From positions 1-36,501 of the IMG/VR virus record IMGVR_UViG_3300020044_000427: a DNA stretch of 36,501 nucleotides. One strand, written 5' to 3'. Position numbers and translations under genes: made by a program. Each line of letters begins with the position of its first letter. The stretch's first letter is position 1. Positions 34,593 through 36,501 of this stretch are shown here, piece by piece. The DNA is from a virus. Its lineage: Duplodnaviria; Caudoviricetes. The notes beneath the pieces were generated by a model. It had not been told where the DNA came from, searched no databases, and worked only from the letters and a program-made list of their open reading frames with translations.

Positions 34593-35329
34593 TATGCTGC
34601 GTCCTTCTGTGCGGGGACAACCATCGGATAGAGGATGTCTTGACCGTAGTTACCTGTATATTCCTGTACGCCCATGTGACCTAACGAGATTGATGGGTCG
34701 ATCCAGACGTCGAAACCGAGTTCACGTGCACGGTCGCAGAAGAGGAAGTCTTCCCCCATGTAACCTTCCGACGTAACTTCGAAATCAAACATCGCAGTGA
34801 GCATACGATCCGTGCGTGTGTCATAATATTTCCACTCCGGATGGGCGGCTTCCATCTGTTCAAAGACTTCACGACGCACCAACATAAAGGCAGTCGCCAC
34901 GCGCTTCGCACGTACGAGACCCATACCATTCATGGTGAGTTCGCCATTTTCGTCATGGTCAAGCGTAGCGATGTAGGTTTTGGTTTCGCTGCGGGTGCGC
35001 GGGACACCAGCGACGATGCCCTTCTTGGGGTCTGTGCCCCACGCCATAAGGCGGAAAATATCGTCGGCCTCGAAGTTGATGTCCGAGTCGATGAACATTA
35101 GGAAGTCGCAGTTAGACTCAAGCAAGTCTTGCGCCAACAGGTTGCGCGCACGAGAAACAACAGAGCAACCACAAATGCTGCCAATCTGAATATCAATCCC
35201 GTGCTGCGCAGCCTGTTGCGCGAAACGAGCAAGAGAAACAGCTAGCTTCAAGGATACCTTGAAGTCGTACGCTGGAAGAGCAATGAAGATGCTCTTACCA
35301 GCTAAGTCGTAGCTTTTTTCCTGCTGCAT
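34592..35329 (-). CDS. Glycosyltransferase-like protein (GT-A/GT2-like fold)
   Basis: IFIALPAY, SVVSRARN, LMFIDSD (DxD), ATAFMLVRREVF, GEDFLFC, LGHMG. Confidence 0.8.
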   Translation of the reverse strand: MQQEKSYDLAGKSIFIALPAYDFKVSLKLAVSLARFAQQAAQHGIDIQIGSICGCSVVSRARNLLAQDLLESNCDFLMFIDSDINFEADDIFRLMAWGTDPKKGIVAGVPRTRSETKTYIATLDHDENGELTMNGMGLVRAKRVATAFMLVRREVFEQMEAAHPEWKYYDTRTDRMLTAMFDFEVTSEGYMGEDFLFCDRARELGFDVWIDPSISLGHMGVQEYTGNYGQDILYPMVVPAQKDAA

Positions 35330-35332
35330 ATA

Positions 35333-35809
35333 TCACCCGTAGAAAGCTGTAGCGGTTATGTTAGCAGGCAATCCCACGTAAATCCCGTTTTCAGCAAGGA
35401 TGCCTTCGCCGGGAACAAGGATAGAGTAAGCAACAGCATTATAGCTATCGGCTTCCAACAAAACAGTTACATAGACATTCACGTTACCCGTACCAGATGC
35501 TGCCGTAGTAACCGTGAAGGAAGTGGCATTAGCCGTAAGAACGGTGTACTCGCCGTCCACGCCGCTACCGCTGGTGAAATCCATCCATACCGTATCACCC
35601 GCAGCTAGGGTATTCGCTACCGTAACCGTCATCGTGGTGGAAGCGATGCTATACGTACCCGCTTGCGGGTCGTTGTCCATAAAAAGGACGTTCCTCGCTG
35701 CCGCAGCCGCGTTAGCGGAAAGGATAGCCCCCTTCAGACGAGTACGGGAACCGTATATAACACCTGAAGTGGACCGGTGTTTGGATTTGACATCATATTG
35801 CATACCCAT
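35333..35809 (-). CDS. Virion structural (capsid-associated) protein, 158 aa
   Basis: Second gene after the capsid; beta-rich; LVPGEGILAENGIYV C-terminus; AAGGAG RBS. Confidence 0.6.
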   Translation of the reverse strand: MGMQYDVKSKHRSTSGVIYGSRTRLKGAILSANAAAAARNVLFMDNDPQAGTYSIASTTMTVTVANTLAAGDTVWMDFTSGSGVDGEYTVLTANATSFTVTTAASGTGNVNVYVTVLLEADSYNAVAYSILVPGEGILAENGIYVGLPANITATAFYG

Positions 35810-35840
35810 CAGTATTCTCCTTCTTAGAGGTTGTTACCGA

Positions 35841-36209
35841 TTAAGCAGCGGTTGTGAGCGCAGTCCAAGTGGTCGAGCCGTTCGTATTGATGTACGCACG
35901 GTCACCTGTACCGGAACCATCGCTACGCAGGTAGAGCGAACCCTTAGCAGCCGCAACAGTCGGAGCGCCTGAACCAACATAGATACCCATGCCAGCAGCG
36001 ACGTTAGTTGCGATGAACGCAGAAGCACCACCAGCGACAAGACCCGAAGCGCTGTCAGCAGTGATGTTGCCGGTTGCGGAAAGCGTGGTCACCGAAGTAG
36101 CTGCGCCGAAAGTACCTGTTACGGTTACAGCGCCGGTCGTGCCATTGATTGAAATTGTTTGGAAACCGTTCTCAGAACGAACTGGACCGTTAAATGTAGT
36201 ATTAGCCAT
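35841..36209 (-). CDS. Putative capsid decoration / head fibre protein (122 aa)
   Basis: MANTTFNGPVRSENGF N-terminus; GAPT..AAKGSLYLRSDG...YIN.....W fibre motif; AGGAG RBS; first gene after the capsid. Confidence 0.6.
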   Translation of the reverse strand: MANTTFNGPVRSENGFQTISINGTTGAVTVTGTFGAATSVTTLSATGNITADSASGLVAGGASAFIATNVAAGMGIYVGSGAPTVAAAKGSLYLRSDGSGTGDRAYINTNGSTTWTALTTAA

Positions 36210-36221
36210 GATTTATCTCCT

Positions 36222-36295
36222 GTGTAGTAGCACTCGTACGTACCGTCTCTACTAAGTCCGCTGGGCCGGTCGGTACGAATAATATCCCTAGTAAC
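36222..36295 (-). ncRNA. Structured RNA downstream of the capsid gene, probably the Mu-gpT-DE motif
   Basis: Stem CGUACCG/CGGUACG enclosing ACCGGCCCAGCGGACUUAGUAGAGA; position downstream of a gpT-like capsid gene matches the described context of this motif. Confidence 0.55.
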
Positions 36296-36312
36296 GCAGA
36301 TATAGCACATAT

Positions 36313-36346
36313 AAAAAAGAAGGGAAGAGATTTCTCTCCTCCCTTC
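36313..36346 (-). terminator. Rho-independent terminator after the major capsid gene
   Basis: Minus strand GAAGGGAGGAGAG-AAAT-CTCTTCCCTTC followed by TTTTTT. Confidence 0.85.
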
Positions 36347-36382
36347 CCCCCGTTCCCTTGAGCTACGCTCTCGGGGAAACTA

Positions 36383-36501
36383 TTAGGCTGCGCCTTCGCT
36401 GCCGTACATACCCAGAGGGTCTGACCAGCCGAACGAATAACGCTCACGAGCCTTGTAACGTACGTTACCAGTATCGAAGTCACCGTCCATGCCCGTCGCC
36501 A
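36383..36501 (-). CDS. Major capsid protein, C-terminal fragment (Mu gpT-like; 5' partial)
   Basis: Reverse strand reads ...ATGMDGDFDTGNVRYKARERYSFGWSDPLGMYGSEGAA*; too short for the ORF track. Confidence 0.85.
   Translation of the reverse strand, partial: ATGMDGDFDTGNVRYKARERYSFGWSDPLGMYGSEGAA

Noticed and set aside
36202-36483. 93-aa - strand ORF
   Set aside because: Out of frame with the capsid C-terminus and runs through the terminator and structured RNA
1-36501. tRNA, rRNA, integrase, transposase, terminase, portal or DNA polymerase genes
   Set aside because: No supporting motifs seen; terminase, portal and any protease probably lie outside the window

Overview
About 36.5 kb of a tailed dsDNA bacteriophage genome with podovirus-like, P22/T7-style tail and ejection gene order and a Mu-gpT-like major capsid C-terminus. 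The host is probably Gram-negative (lipoprotein plus GH19 endolysin). The + strand (1-4561) carries a replication module: a putative ssDNA-binding protein, an HTH regulator and a primase/DUF927-helicase fusion. It converges at a terminator with a long - strand late operon (36501 to 4634). In order, that operon encodes the capsid C-terminus, a structured RNA, decoration proteins, a glycosyltransferase, a cluster of small Lys-rich proteins, head-tail adaptors, tail fibre parts, three paralogous 6-repeat beta-propellers with a coiled-coil protein and a second glycosyltransferase, a lysis cassette, a nozzle and four internal/ejection proteins. Main leads: (1) a [MYFL]-[ARKN]-x-G-G tag, 16 copies counted by eye in six otherwise unrelated basic and ejection proteins, a candidate maturation-cleavage or packaging signal; (2) a candidate ~60-nt sRNA with 11 nt of perfect complementarity to an early-gene ribosome binding site; (3) a triple-propeller plus glycosyltransferase module; (4) a holin-like protein with an EF-hand loop. 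All product calls come from motif recognition and synteny; no searches were run.
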